Shown in pieces: positions 29,210 through 39,300 of a stretch of DNA of 56,391 nucleotides. The notes under the pieces were generated by a model that saw only the letters and a program-made list of their open reading frames with translations, made no database searches and was not told where the DNA came from. Each line of letters opens with the position of its first letter. The stretch's first letter is position 1. Position numbers and translations under genes: made by a program. The stretch comes from a virus (lineage: Duplodnaviria; Caudoviricetes): the IMG/VR virus record IMGVR_UViG_3300011271_000006, positions 1 to 56,391 of that record. One strand, 5' to 3'.

Positions 29210-29530
29210 TTAAAATCCCCATCTATTGCATATTCCGCTGATTTGATTACGAGTTAGACCTAGAGCAGCGGCAATCTTACTGTAACTAAAGCCTCTTAAT
29301 CTCATTTGCTGTATCTTAGTGTGATCATTCTTAGTTACTGATCGTGTTTTGATAACAGCTTTAGATTTAATAATTTCCTTAATAATAGCTTTCCTCGCTC
29401 GCTTGTTTTCTCGCAAGCCCATTGTACCAATACTAGGATTACGAATTTCAGGAACTTCAATCTTAGCAGGACAATCAATTGAAGGCTTAATACTTCGTCC
29501 TGAATGATTATAACCCCGGAAGCTGTACAT
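29210..29530 (-). CDS. Protein with a C-terminal GcrA-like HTH
   Basis: RGFSYSKIAAALGLTRNQISGICNRWG resembles the GcrA G.SASQIA..LG.TRNAVIG..HRLG helix-turn-helix. Confidence 0.55.
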   Translation of the reverse strand: MYSFRGYNHSGRSIKPSIDCPAKIEVPEIRNPSIGTMGLRENKRARKAIIKEIIKSKAVIKTRSVTKNDHTKIQQMRLRGFSYSKIAAALGLTRNQISGICNRWGF

Positions 29531-29744
29531 TTACTCCCTCGATAATTTCAAACTGTTGAGGTTGTGTTAACCAACCACGTCTTACAATTCGAGTTATTTC
29601 ATCTTCAGTGTGTTTAATTGTTATCTGTAAGTCTTCAATGTATTTATTAGTTACCTTAGGAAAGATAGCTTCTTTTTCCTCTTTGAGAAAATCATACAAG
29701 TTATCCAAACGACCACTGAGTTCTAATAGGCGTTGATTAGACAT
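29508..29744 (-). CDS. Hypothetical protein
   Basis: 78 aa with aaggag RBS. Confidence 0.55.
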   Translation of the reverse strand: MSNQRLLELSGRLDNLYDFLKEEKEAIFPKVTNKYIEDLQITIKHTEDEITRIVRRGWLTQPQQFEIIEGVNVQLPGL

Positions 29745-29755
29745 GATAATCTCCT

Positions 29756-30115
29756 TTATTTCTTAGAAGAATATATTAGTTCTCCTCCAACAATTATTTC
29801 TAAACCACTTGGATAATTTTCAAGTTTAAAAGCTATGCAAGTAGGTGCTTTTTCCTCAAACTTAATTAATCCAAGAGCTTCTAATACTTTTAGATCATAG
29901 TTAATACCTTCGTTGGTATCATAATCTAATCTTTGAAGTCGTTTATAAGCTTCTTCTCTAGTCATTTGATTATTTCTCTTTTCATAAATAGGATATTCAT
30001 ATGTCTTTTTCAAAGCTATCAATATTTCATTAGCAGTATATCCAAACATTAAAACATATTTATCATTAGGAAATTGTTCAATATGTTTTTTGTACAAACT
30101 ATCTGCTGTAAGCAT
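29756..30115 (-). CDS. Hypothetical protein
   Basis: 119-aa ORF in the operon. Confidence 0.55.
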   Translation of the reverse strand: MLTADSLYKKHIEQFPNDKYVLMFGYTANEILIALKKTYEYPIYEKRNNQMTREEAYKRLQRLDYDTNEGINYDLKVLEALGLIKFEEKAPTCIAFKLENYPSGLEIIVGGELIYSSKK

Positions 30116-30166
30116 TTTAATCTTTCGCTCACCTTATATCTTGATATTGTTTTGTTCCAATAAAGC

Positions 30167-30310
30167 TCATTTTCTTTTCTTCTTTTTCTTAGCTTGACGT
30201 TGAACTGAGAATGCGATCGCTGCCGCCTGCTTCACTGGTTTACCAGCATGTATTTCAGCAGCTACATTTTCTCTAAAAGCTTTACGAGAAGCTGATTTAG
30301 ATAGAGGCAT
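30167..30310 (-). CDS. Small basic conserved phage protein
   Basis: MPLSKSASRKAFRENVAAEIHAGKPVKQAAAIAFS pattern; aagga RBS. Confidence 0.7.
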   Translation of the reverse strand: MPLSKSASRKAFRENVAAEIHAGKPVKQAAAIAFSVQRQAKKKKKRK

Positions 30311-30360
30311 AAATTTAATCCTTTGTATAGCAATATGTAAAATATTAGTAGAGTTTATCA

Positions 30361-30534
30361 TCATTCTGTTGGTAGCTTTCGCTTAGGATCAAAATGTTTA
30401 CAATGACCACCAGGAAAAATATCACCAATAACTAAAGTACAAGTACCATTCATTCTGAACATAATACAATCTCGACAATGATCTTTATCAGCTTTATCAA
30501 TATATTCAGCTTCAGCTTTGGTTATATGCTTCAA
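30361..30534 (-). CDS. HiPIP-like [4Fe-4S] protein, 57 aa, not in the ORF track
   Basis: TTG start with aggag RBS; MKHITKAEAEYIDKADKDHCRDCIMFRMNGTCTLVIGDIFPGGHCKHFDPKRKLPTE has CxxC-x8-C-x12-C. Confidence 0.72.
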   Translation of the reverse strand: MKHITKAEAEYIDKADKDHCRDCIMFRMNGTCTLVIGDIFPGGHCKHFDPKRKLPTE

Positions 30535-30716
30535 AAACTAACTCCTGCTAACGGAAGAATTTTAAACAACACTATATAAATAGCTATAAGGAATATAATT
30601 ATTTGAATAATTTTAGTAATTAAAGGATCAGGAGAAAATCTAATTGCTACCAAATATGCAACAATAAGAATAGTTATTATTACGATAATTTGGAATAGAG
30701 AATGTGTCATTTCCAT
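30531..30716 (-). CDS. Small two-TM membrane protein
   Basis: Two hydrophobic helices separated by SPDP. Confidence 0.65.
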   Translation of the reverse strand: MEMTHSLFQIIVIITILIVAYLVAIRFSPDPLITKIIQIIIFLIAIYIVLFKILPLAGVSF

Positions 30717-31162
30717 CCCTCATTCGTCGCATACATTCCTTCATGCTTATCATATTCGAGGTAATTAATCAACATCAATCGTGCTTGATCCCATCCTCGA
30801 CATATTGCCGTACCATATCCCTGTGTTGCGAGGAAATCAAGCCAAATACTTTGTTCTACTCTGACAGTTCCCTTTTGTTGCTTCTCAGTCTTTGGTCGCT
30901 TCATTTCAATCCATAATCCAGCCCATTTACCACGTCGAATAGGCAAGCAAACATCAGGAACTCCCGGCTTGACACCTTGCGCTTTCAATCGTGCTGCTGT
31001 GATCTTGTCACGAAACCCACCATTAGGAATAGCAAACAACCAACGTAGTTCAGGATACTTTTGCCTGACTTCTGGTGTTGCACTCCATATGAAAAGTGCC
31101 GTCTGGTGAGCAGCTTCCGTATCAGCTAAAGCGTACTTAGCAGGATCAATAAGAGCGTTCAT
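30707..31162 (-). CDS. VRR-NUC domain nuclease
   Basis: E..HQ, FAIPNGG.R.......LK..GV.PGVPD, IEMK, EQ..W. Confidence 0.9.
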   Translation of the reverse strand: MNALIDPAKYALADTEAAHQTALFIWSATPEVRQKYPELRWLFAIPNGGFRDKITAARLKAQGVKPGVPDVCLPIRRGKWAGLWIEMKRPKTEKQQKGTVRVEQSIWLDFLATQGYGTAICRGWDQARLMLINYLEYDKHEGMYATNEGWK

Positions 31163-31427
31163 AAATTTAATTCACAATTAAATGAGGTATTGAATATATA
31201 ACCAATACACCAACTATAACTATACTAATCCAAAAGAATGAAAATTCAAACCAATCCCATTTAGTCATTTAACACCCATATATCTTAATTACATGGCCTA
31301 TTGTCGGACCACTTGGACTATCAACTTTACAATAGTCAACATTGGAAATCATAAGATAACCTGCTGAAACAACAATAGCTATAATAAATATACAAGCTAT
31401 AGCATCAGCTATTAAATCATTCATGTT

Positions 31428-31622
31428 TTAATCGCCAAAGAAATTCGTTTGTAAATCATTTTCAATTTCAGCAATAATATTTTCTTCTTCTTTCGTTGCT
31501 AAAAGAATTCGCCGTTTAACAATAAATAATAATTGTTTTATCATCCACGCTAAAGCTAAATCACGTTTTTCATTTATATTTGTTGGCTGTAACATCAATC
31601 CGGTACTTTCTTTGTCAACCAA
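31428..31622 (-). CDS. Hypothetical protein
   Basis: 64-aa ORF. Confidence 0.45.
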   Translation of the reverse strand: MVDKESTGLMLQPTNINEKRDLALAWMIKQLLFIVKRRILLATKEEENIIAEIENDLQTNFFGD

Positions 31623-31801
31623 TTACCCATAGCTCTAGCACATTGGCGAGCATTCACAACCTTATCATGTTGGCAGTTAGCACCTTCAGCCATATCAGCC
31701 CACAATTTAACTAGATATCCGCTGAATACATCTTGTGCTCTTAGAACAAAATAAGGTTCATTTATTCCTTCGAGTTTCTTAAGCGTTCATTACCAAAACG
31801 A

Positions 31802-32116
31802 TCATTTTGCATTTGGAGCGCTCCAAAAAGACTTCATCAATTTGATTTCATCCCTGATAGCTTCAATAATCCTCTTAGCTATAAATTCATTATTCATAGC
31901 CTCACAGCAATCCTCACATTGTTCAGGATCACGATATTCCTCTAGCTGAGTACCATCCTGATTACATATAATCCATATCTTATGACGGCAGCAAATCCAA
32001 TAAGGTCCACCATCGGCTTCCTTGATAGCCTTAACAACACGTTCAACTATTAAACCATTAGGTTCTTGTTTAGACTTAATTGAAGTTCCTAAACCACCAC
32101 CTAGACCTAAAACCAT
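31802..32116 (-). CDS. Hypothetical Cys-rich protein
   Basis: 104 aa with gagga RBS. Confidence 0.55.
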   Translation of the reverse strand: MVLGLGGGLGTSIKSKQEPNGLIVERVVKAIKEADGGPYWICCRHKIWIICNQDGTQLEEYRDPEQCEDCCEAMNNEFIAKRIIEAIRDEIKLMKSFWSAPNAK

Positions 32117-32254
32117 TTTAATTTATTCCTCATATTTAATAATCTAAATAATCATTACACAGTGGTATTTTCCCTACTTTATAACCTAATGGAATATGTA
32201 AATTGATTTCCAAACCAATCCATATTAATCTATCATAATCATCAATAATATATA

Positions 32255-32941
32255 TCATATCTGAATACAATTTTTATACTCACCTTTGCTTGCATAACAC
32301 GAGTACATATCTGAGTCAATCTTTATTCTTTTCTCTAAAAATTCGGCTTGTGTTTTAGCAGAACGCCCAAAATTCACAAACCAAATAGGAAGTTGACGAT
32401 TAGCTTTAGCAAGTAAAGAATACATTTCATTAACAACATGAGTTCCTAAATCTTCATCCCATTCAACAATACATCCCCACACATTAGGATGTTGAATTAT
32501 CTTAACTGCTCCATTACCCATTAACAAAGGATTTTTAGCAATACATTTTAATCCGTAATGATGTTCCATTAAATCGTAAACTTTTAATATATCTTGAACA
32601 TTATAAGCATCAGGATTATCCCATTCTACATATTCAAAAGTCTGATCTACAGCCTTCATCGCTTGATTAGTAATATTAGTATTCCATCCTTCACCTGTGG
32701 GATCAATAACGCCTTCACCGTAATCTCGCGCCGTATCAGTATTGATTAGATATGGTCCAAGCTTACCTGAATTCTTTTCATCAAATAGATTACAATACTT
32801 AACAGCGATAATGTTTGATTGTTTTGATTTAGGACTATCATAACCAACTTCAATAATGCTATCAGCAGGAGCGACTACGCAACTAGCATCATTAAGACCA
32901 ATTAAATAATAAAGCTTTTTATGTTGAAGTGGATTGATCAT
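32255..32941 (-). CDS. Possible GH114-like glycoside hydrolase
   Basis: A....FEYVEWDNPDAY and IAKN motifs resemble the endo-alpha-1,4-polygalactosaminidase barrel. Confidence 0.4.
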   Translation of the reverse strand: MINPLQHKKLYYLIGLNDASCVVAPADSIIEVGYDSPKSKQSNIIAVKYCNLFDEKNSGKLGPYLINTDTARDYGEGVIDPTGEGWNTNITNQAMKAVDQTFEYVEWDNPDAYNVQDILKVYDLMEHHYGLKCIAKNPLLMGNGAVKIIQHPNVWGCIVEWDEDLGTHVVNEMYSLLAKANRQLPIWFVNFGRSAKTQAEFLEKRIKIDSDMYSCYASKGEYKNCIQI

Positions 32942-33273
32942 TTTTAATTTCCTTAATTATTAAATTTGAATATGCGCCGATTATCTACCAAGTTAAAAAC
33001 AAATAGAAATGATAATATAATCCAAGAGAAATGAAATTCATTAGTTGATATACAAGACATTTCTAATTCCTCATTGTGCCTTCATGGCTACGCTCCTAGC
33101 GCCAATCCGGCAACTATACCCGCTAGGCTAGGTAATTAATGCGTTAGTTGATAACTTTTCCACTTCGGCAGCGCCAGGAAGCATCTTAACAGTAGGATTT
33201 AATTCCACAAGTTATCTATTTTATTAAACTGATGCTAACGCTCACCTGTTAGGAGAAATAGATGCTTCCTAAC

Positions 33274-33486
33274 TCAATCCTTAATAATACTAATCGTTAC
33301 TTTATCACCTTGCAATAACTCTGGTCTTTCATTCCCAATATATAAAGCTTCATAACTACCGCGAAGGTGAATAAACCAACCTAAGCTAACTTTATTGAAT
33401 GTAGCAGTATTACCAACACCACTAATATATCGCGAGCGAAAGCGTTCCTCGACTTGATCAACAATTGAGCTAAATTTTATGATCAT
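33274..33486 (-). CDS. Hypothetical protein
   Basis: 70-aa ORF. Confidence 0.55.
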   Translation of the reverse strand: MIIKFSSIVDQVEERFRSRYISGVGNTATFNKVSLGWFIHLRGSYEALYIGNERPELLQGDKVTISIIKD

Positions 33487-33622
33487 TTTTCTGGTTCAAT
33501 TGAAATAAGATACCACATTCCAGAAAACAATTCAATCCACACAAATTTATATTTACCTGAATACATCAATTGTCCATTTAAATAAACTGAAGATAATTTT
33601 CTAATTTCTTCTTTGATTAACA

Positions 33623-33961
33623 TTATTTAATCTCCACTGACAAGCACCAATCTCTTATTTTCAATTTAGCTTCATAAACTATTCCATCCTTATAATCATA
33701 ATAATTATCAGGTGTCAAGGCTCTCAGCGCCGTCCAATCCTCCTGATGCTGCTCCTGCACCTTCTGACACCACTTGATTAGCTGATCCTTGGACCAGTTA
33801 CCAGGAGGAATGGCTTTAGCAAAACTAGTTCCAGTTGGAATATGCTTGACAGTCCATCCCCAATCATCTTCACTCTTGACAACACCAAGATCATCTACTT
33901 GTATCCAAGTATGATCAACAGCTTTAGACCAATCGCTAGTCCATTTCATAATCTTAATCAA
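33623..33961 (-). CDS. Hypothetical Trp-rich protein
   Basis: 112 aa; W.V.HIPTG motif. Confidence 0.6.
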   Translation of the reverse strand: MIKIMKWTSDWSKAVDHTWIQVDDLGVVKSEDDWGWTVKHIPTGTSFAKAIPPGNWSKDQLIKWCQKVQEQHQEDWTALRALTPDNYYDYKDGIVYEAKLKIRDWCLSVEIK

Positions 33962-34015
33962 ATACCCAAAAGATGATTAAGATAAGGATAAGTATTCCAA
34001 TTTGATGCATCATTT

Positions 34016-34255
34016 TTAATTATCCTTCAATGAAGCGTCAATTGATTTTTCCCATACAGCATCATAAAATACAATATCAAACATATTATAATAATTATTA
34101 CGCTGTTGGTCAGTAGGTTCACGCATAGCTACGATAGCTGCTTTACCTAAAATATTATATTGTATTTTACCATCTTTAGGACCGCCACTAAAAGATAATC
34201 CATCTAAAGTTTTTTCAATAGCTTTTACCACTTGTTCAATCATTTCATTTGACAT
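34016..34255 (-). CDS. Hypothetical protein (MIE.V..REPT family)
   Basis: ggagg RBS; paralogous to 24797-25036. Confidence 0.65.
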   Translation of the reverse strand: MSNEMIEQVVKAIEKTLDGLSFSGGPKDGKIQYNILGKAAIVAMREPTDQQRNNYYNMFDIVFYDAVWEKSIDASLKDN

Positions 34256-34345
34256 TTCAACCTCCTATTATCACAAGCCATACAGCTATAGTTGATAGGA
34301 ACAGCGTTAGTGCGACAGTAGCAAGTAGGTCTGAGGCGTAGCTAT

Positions 34346-34540
34346 TCATTTCTTATTCCTATAGCTTAAAATAATTTCACGCCGCTTGCGGAACTCACCT
34401 ATTACATTACCATCTTCACCACCAGCTATTTGTTCTGCATAATCCCAAACCATATCCATTAAAGCAGCTTTAGAAAGTTTTTCCATTTCCGTTAAATATT
34501 CTTGAGGTACAAAAACAGGAAGCTTATTTTTGAGGTTCAT
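34346..34540 (-). CDS. Hypothetical protein
   Basis: Likely start MNLKNKLP; LSKAALMDMVWD motif. Confidence 0.6.
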   Translation of the reverse strand: MNLKNKLPVFVPQEYLTEMEKLSKAALMDMVWDYAEQIAGGEDGNVIGEFRKRREIILSYRNKK

Positions 34541-35018
34541 TTTACCCCTTCCTTTCCAGTTTGACAACAGCAGTTGCAAGAGCAATCAATGAAGCTTCAT
34601 CCTCAATCCAATCCTTTCTTCGATCATCAAAAGAAAGACTGAGAGCAACTAGGAATTGATCAGGCTCTATATCGCCTCTGAGATATTGCTGACATACCTC
34701 GATAAGATCATCGATCATTTTTTATTCCTTCGCTTCAACATCATAAGCTCCTGCTCAGCATTATGAGCATTACGAGCTACCTCAAGCAACGCCGCACCTT
34801 CTTCCTCAGTTCCTAAAGCTTCTTGAACAAGCTTGAGCAAGGAACGATAATATTCTCGATTAGCTTGACCATATGTATGCATTTTTATTTCTCCATCCTT
34901 ACTTCATGATTGCCAGTTGGAGAGGTTTATAACTGGCAACCATCAAATAAGCTAGAGAGCTTTTACTATCTCCCGCATGAACAACCTCCTAGGTTTGAGG
35001 TTTACAAGCTACAAGACT

Positions 35019-35046
35019 ACAATACACTAATTCAGTTGGTTGTCAA
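35019..35046 (-). promoter_or_regulatory. Sigma70-type promoter
   Basis: TTGACA-16 nt-TATTGT, upstream of an aggagg RBS. Confidence 0.5.
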
Positions 35047-35246
35047 ATCCATTTATCGATTTCTTCCTTAGCCAAAGCAACTGTTGCTTTTTCACCACTA
35101 TCTAAATAATGCTTTGTATTCATATTAAAAATAGTAAACCTAGCAACTAAACCGTTATCAGTCATAAATTGCCAAACATCGATAGCAATATTATTAATTT
35201 CTGCTCGTTCGCTACTGCGAAGCTTCTTCCAAGTTACTTCGATCAT
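35043..35246 (-). CDS. Hypothetical early protein
   Basis: ggagg RBS; directly downstream of a promoter. Confidence 0.65.
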   Translation of the reverse strand: MIEVTWKKLRSSERAEINNIAIDVWQFMTDNGLVARFTIFNMNTKHYLDSGEKATVALAKEEIDKWI

Positions 35247-35272
35247 CTTCGCCTCCCACTCTCGATATCTTC

Positions 35273-35300
35273 ATCATACACCTTTTCATTCCCTTGTCAA
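35273..35300 (-). promoter_or_regulatory. Sigma70-type early promoter
   Basis: TTGACA-16 nt-TATGAT. Confidence 0.65.
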
Positions 35301-36150
35301 CCATTTAAATAATTTAATTTACGATTTCCTCTATTATGGTATTTCTACAACACTTTCAAGCACTTAACTCACCCATCCTTAACTTATTGTTTCTATTATC
35401 ATTTCTCACTTCTCTCAACAATATCAGTAGCTTAAGCTTATCTTGCATTGCAATATTTTATCCCGCATTGCAACAATGGTATCTAAATACTAGATGCTAA
35501 TATTATCATGATTTCAAATACTTAAACAACCCATTCTTAAGCTATTGATCCTACTGACATTCTCTTGTTTTCCCCAAAATATCAGTGATTTACAGCATGA
35601 AACAAACTGAAACAATTATCAAGTCGATTTAGGCGTTTTATCAATGATTTCAATGGGTTGTAAACAAATAGCCACAAATCAATGGGTTAGAAATTCCTCA
35701 GTAAAATCAATCACTTAACTCTTATAAATTCCAGGAAATAGAGCCTGCTAACCCCTTGATTTCTCTTACTTATATTAATATATATTAGAATATAATAAGA
35801 AGAAATAATGTATATTAGGAGTTATCAAGGTTTTATTATTTAATGAAGTACCAACATTAGTTGTACCACTAAGTTGTACCACTTTCTTGTACCTCTTTAA
35901 TTATTTAACCTAAAGTATCTGACAGACAGAAATATACAGAGCGATATATTTTATACTTCAATATATTCCATCTAAACTCTTGAAATCGCTAATAAAAATC
36001 GATATTTTTACCCCATATATTTTGTTAAGAAATCCCGATAAATGGCTGCACCCAATATTATCCTAGCTCTAACTCATTGATCTATCTCACATTGTGGGGA
36101 AATATGTGACATTTCAACAACATAGCCAATCTCAATGAATTATTTGATTT
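35301..36150. other. Long AT-rich non-coding region, candidate replication origin
   Basis: No ORF of 60 aa or more; several WATCAANNNNTTR sites; 13-bp tandem repeats at 35858-35896; lies next to the primase-helicase gene. Confidence 0.5.
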
Positions 36151-36156
36151 TGATGC

Positions 36157-36399
36157 TTGACAACAGTTTCTAAGCATGAAATAAACAGTTTACCAAAGCA
36201 GGAATCTAGAAAAATGTTAAAATTAACCAAAGCTCAAAGAAACTGGTTAATCTCTATGAACCGGCATAGGCAATGGATTATAGGTCCAGGACGCAAAATG
36301 CGATATTTTCTCACCTCAAATGGTTTAATTGAACAAAACAAAGAAGGTGCATGGAGAATAACACAAAAAGGAATTAACTTAATAACTCCATCTTCCTAA
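36157..36399 (+). CDS. Small winged-helix-like hypothetical protein
   Basis: Likely start MLKLTKAQ; L...GLIE......WRIT.KG pattern. Confidence 0.5.
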   Translation: MTTVSKHEINSLPKQESRKMLKLTKAQRNWLISMNRHRQWIIGPGRKMRYFLTSNGLIEQNKEGAWRITQKGINLITPSS

Positions 36400-39300
36400 G
36401 AAAGAATGCTCGTTGAGTTGTTCCGTGCTTCGCAGAGAGTTCAACCTTATTAATTTCTCTAATTACATCACCATCAATCATGTTCTGAAGTGTTCGTTTG
36501 AGAGCCATTGTTGATCCTAATCTATCTAATCTAAATGCTGAACTAGCTATCAAACGTCTGCTCAAATAGGCATATGGAATAATTTTACTTTCATATATAT
36601 TCCGCTCAACACCATAAGATGATGCACGTTCCCAACCAATATTAAAATAATCTCTAATTACTCGAATAACTTCTTCTGTTTGCTTACTCTCACTTGATGA
36701 TTTACCAATCTCCCCACGATCAAACTTACCTGACAATGCGCGAATATCATTTTGAACCATATTAATTGACCATTGAACATATTCAGGAAGTACAATTGGA
36801 TCAGACATATTAACACCAATGGCAATAAGAGCAGATAGCTTCAAGACTTTCATATGCGCGCGGTTCCAGAGTTGCCGTAAAACCTCTTTCTGTGTAGCGT
36901 TAATTTGATCATCGGCAAATTTATCGAATTTCTTCAACAATTCTTCAGCATCTTTTGATGAAGCTATATTAATTACTCGCTTGTTGTACATAATCATTTC
37001 ACAATTGGCGGCAAGCGAAGCAAACTTTTCAATCAATGAGAACGAAGGTTGAGCTTCAAGGTGAGTGTGGGAAAGTGCTGGTCTCGCACCTTCATATTCA
37101 ACAATAAGAAATCGAGGTAGCAAACCATCAGCAATCATGTCCTCATTCAATGCACCATAAAATGTTGAAGGTGTACTTTCAGCAAGAATTGTGAATGAAG
37201 GCGAAACAGTTACATCAATGTTTTTATCCCTATCGGCATAAATTGTAGGACGAAATGATTGACCAAAGCCAGATTTGTGATATAAGTCTAAAAGCATTCG
37301 TTTGAGAGCTTTTTCAGCCGAATTGGAATGTGGGTTAGCTAACGCTTCTAATCTGAGACCGAATTCACCTAAGATGGAAACAAAACACTGAGAGACTTTA
37401 TTCAAATGTTTGATAAGAGCTTGACCACTTGCAATTTCGCTTGGACCGATGAAACCGATAGAGGTAGGAACTTGGAGGCGAATGGTATTCATCAAACGAT
37501 CTATTCCACTTGCCATTGCCTCCTTACCAGTATTATGATGAACTGTGAAATCAGCAGTTAAATATAAATGATCACCATCTAAGGTAAATCCAAAATATTC
37601 ACTATCAGAAAGTAATTCAATTTTAAATCCAGTTACTAACACATCTTTCTTTTGCTGGCGAGCTTTTGATTTCTTATATTCTAAAACAAGAGGTAATTCA
37701 CTTGTATTACCGCTAATGCTAACTCTATAATAAGTTCCACCTGTTCCATTTTGAGAGAGTTTTTCACAAGATTTTACATAAGCTGCATAACCAAGACTAC
37801 GAGCAATAAATACTACATCTTCAGCTAATTGCTTAGATTTAGAAATATAATCGTATGTATTACCGTTTGTTAAATTTCCATCAGTATCAAGTAAGCCAGC
37901 TAAAATTGCCATACGATCAAAACGAGAAGCAGTTTTATATATTAATGGAATAAATTTGTTTTCAGCTTTCTTTAACCATAAATTTAAATTTTGAATAGCA
38001 ATTTGTAATTGACTTTGACGACCATAATATACAGCGGAATAAGGATTTTTAATATAATTATCTTGAAAAGATTTATTACCAGAAACTTGAGTTGTGACAA
38101 CTTTCATATCAAAATGAAATTTAATAATATTTTTTGCTTTATTTCTAATACTTTCATCTTGACTGGTTAAAGCAATCCTAGGGCCAAATTGACCATCACC
38201 AATCATTGCTCCTAAAAACCAAGGATCAATAGGCAAGTGATTAGATTGAGTAAAATTTACCGCTTTACGCTCAAGTTTATTTCTATGTTTAAATTCATGA
38301 TTTTTATTAATCCAATCACATACTCGAATATTAGTTCTTTTTCTTGTAATTGTATCCACAAGAGATAAAATATGATTAATATTGACAATGAATTCTTGCC
38401 CCTTAGTAGGAATAATTTTAACCATTTGTTCTTTACCACGAGCAAGATTTAACACTTGACGTGATGAACTATCATAGCCCATAATAAGCTCATTAATTTG
38501 AATATCTTCTACGTTCTTTGTGGAACCATCATACATAAGAATTTTAGTTCCACGAGTATGACAACCTGTCTGTGCGAGTAGGAGGACATATTGGTTCAAA
38601 CCTGTGCCACTAATATTATAGGCACGCCCACAAACACCAGCCATTAAGCCAATGGCAGCAGCTAAGGCAATCTCAGGGACAGGGCGGGGAGCAGCTGCAT
38701 AGATAAATTGAGCAATCTCACCAAGCAAACCAGGAGGAATTTGAAGTGGAACATCATTTAAACGTGAATGGATGGTTGAATGTTGTTTTAGGACTTTTTT
38801 TTCTTGGTTTTTTAATTTATCTTCTAATGCAATTTTAAAGCCATCAAAATCTATCGGTGGCAACATACGATCAAACGACTTATTAATCATCCATATTAAA
38901 TAATCTTTACGTTTAGCTTTATCTCTAGTTCCAAGGCTAGATTTGTGGAAGATACGTATGATTTGGTTTCTGTTTTGAGTATAGAATGCAACAATATCAA
39001 TAAATGCGAAGTCTGCTTCGGATTGAGAAGGATATAATGATTGCCATTTTCCGCTGTAAAGATTTTTAAATTTATCTCCGTTGGCAGCATTAGAAGCTTG
39101 TTCAATGATTTGTTCATCTGTTTGCTTTTCCTTGTTGCTACCTCTGTAAACATTTGTTGCTATTCCTCCTGAACCCATTTGTTCATAAAGTTGAGTGAGA
39201 ATATGTTGACGATCAACAATTGGCTTGTTATTATAAACTTGACCAGTAAATGCAGCGTAACGACTTGATGAATATATTTCAATATAACTTCGTCGCCTGC

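Noticed and set aside
35846-35896. CRISPR-like array
   Set aside because: The repeats are contiguous 13-mers without spacers; the Cas4-like nuclease is an ordinary phage recombination exonuclease
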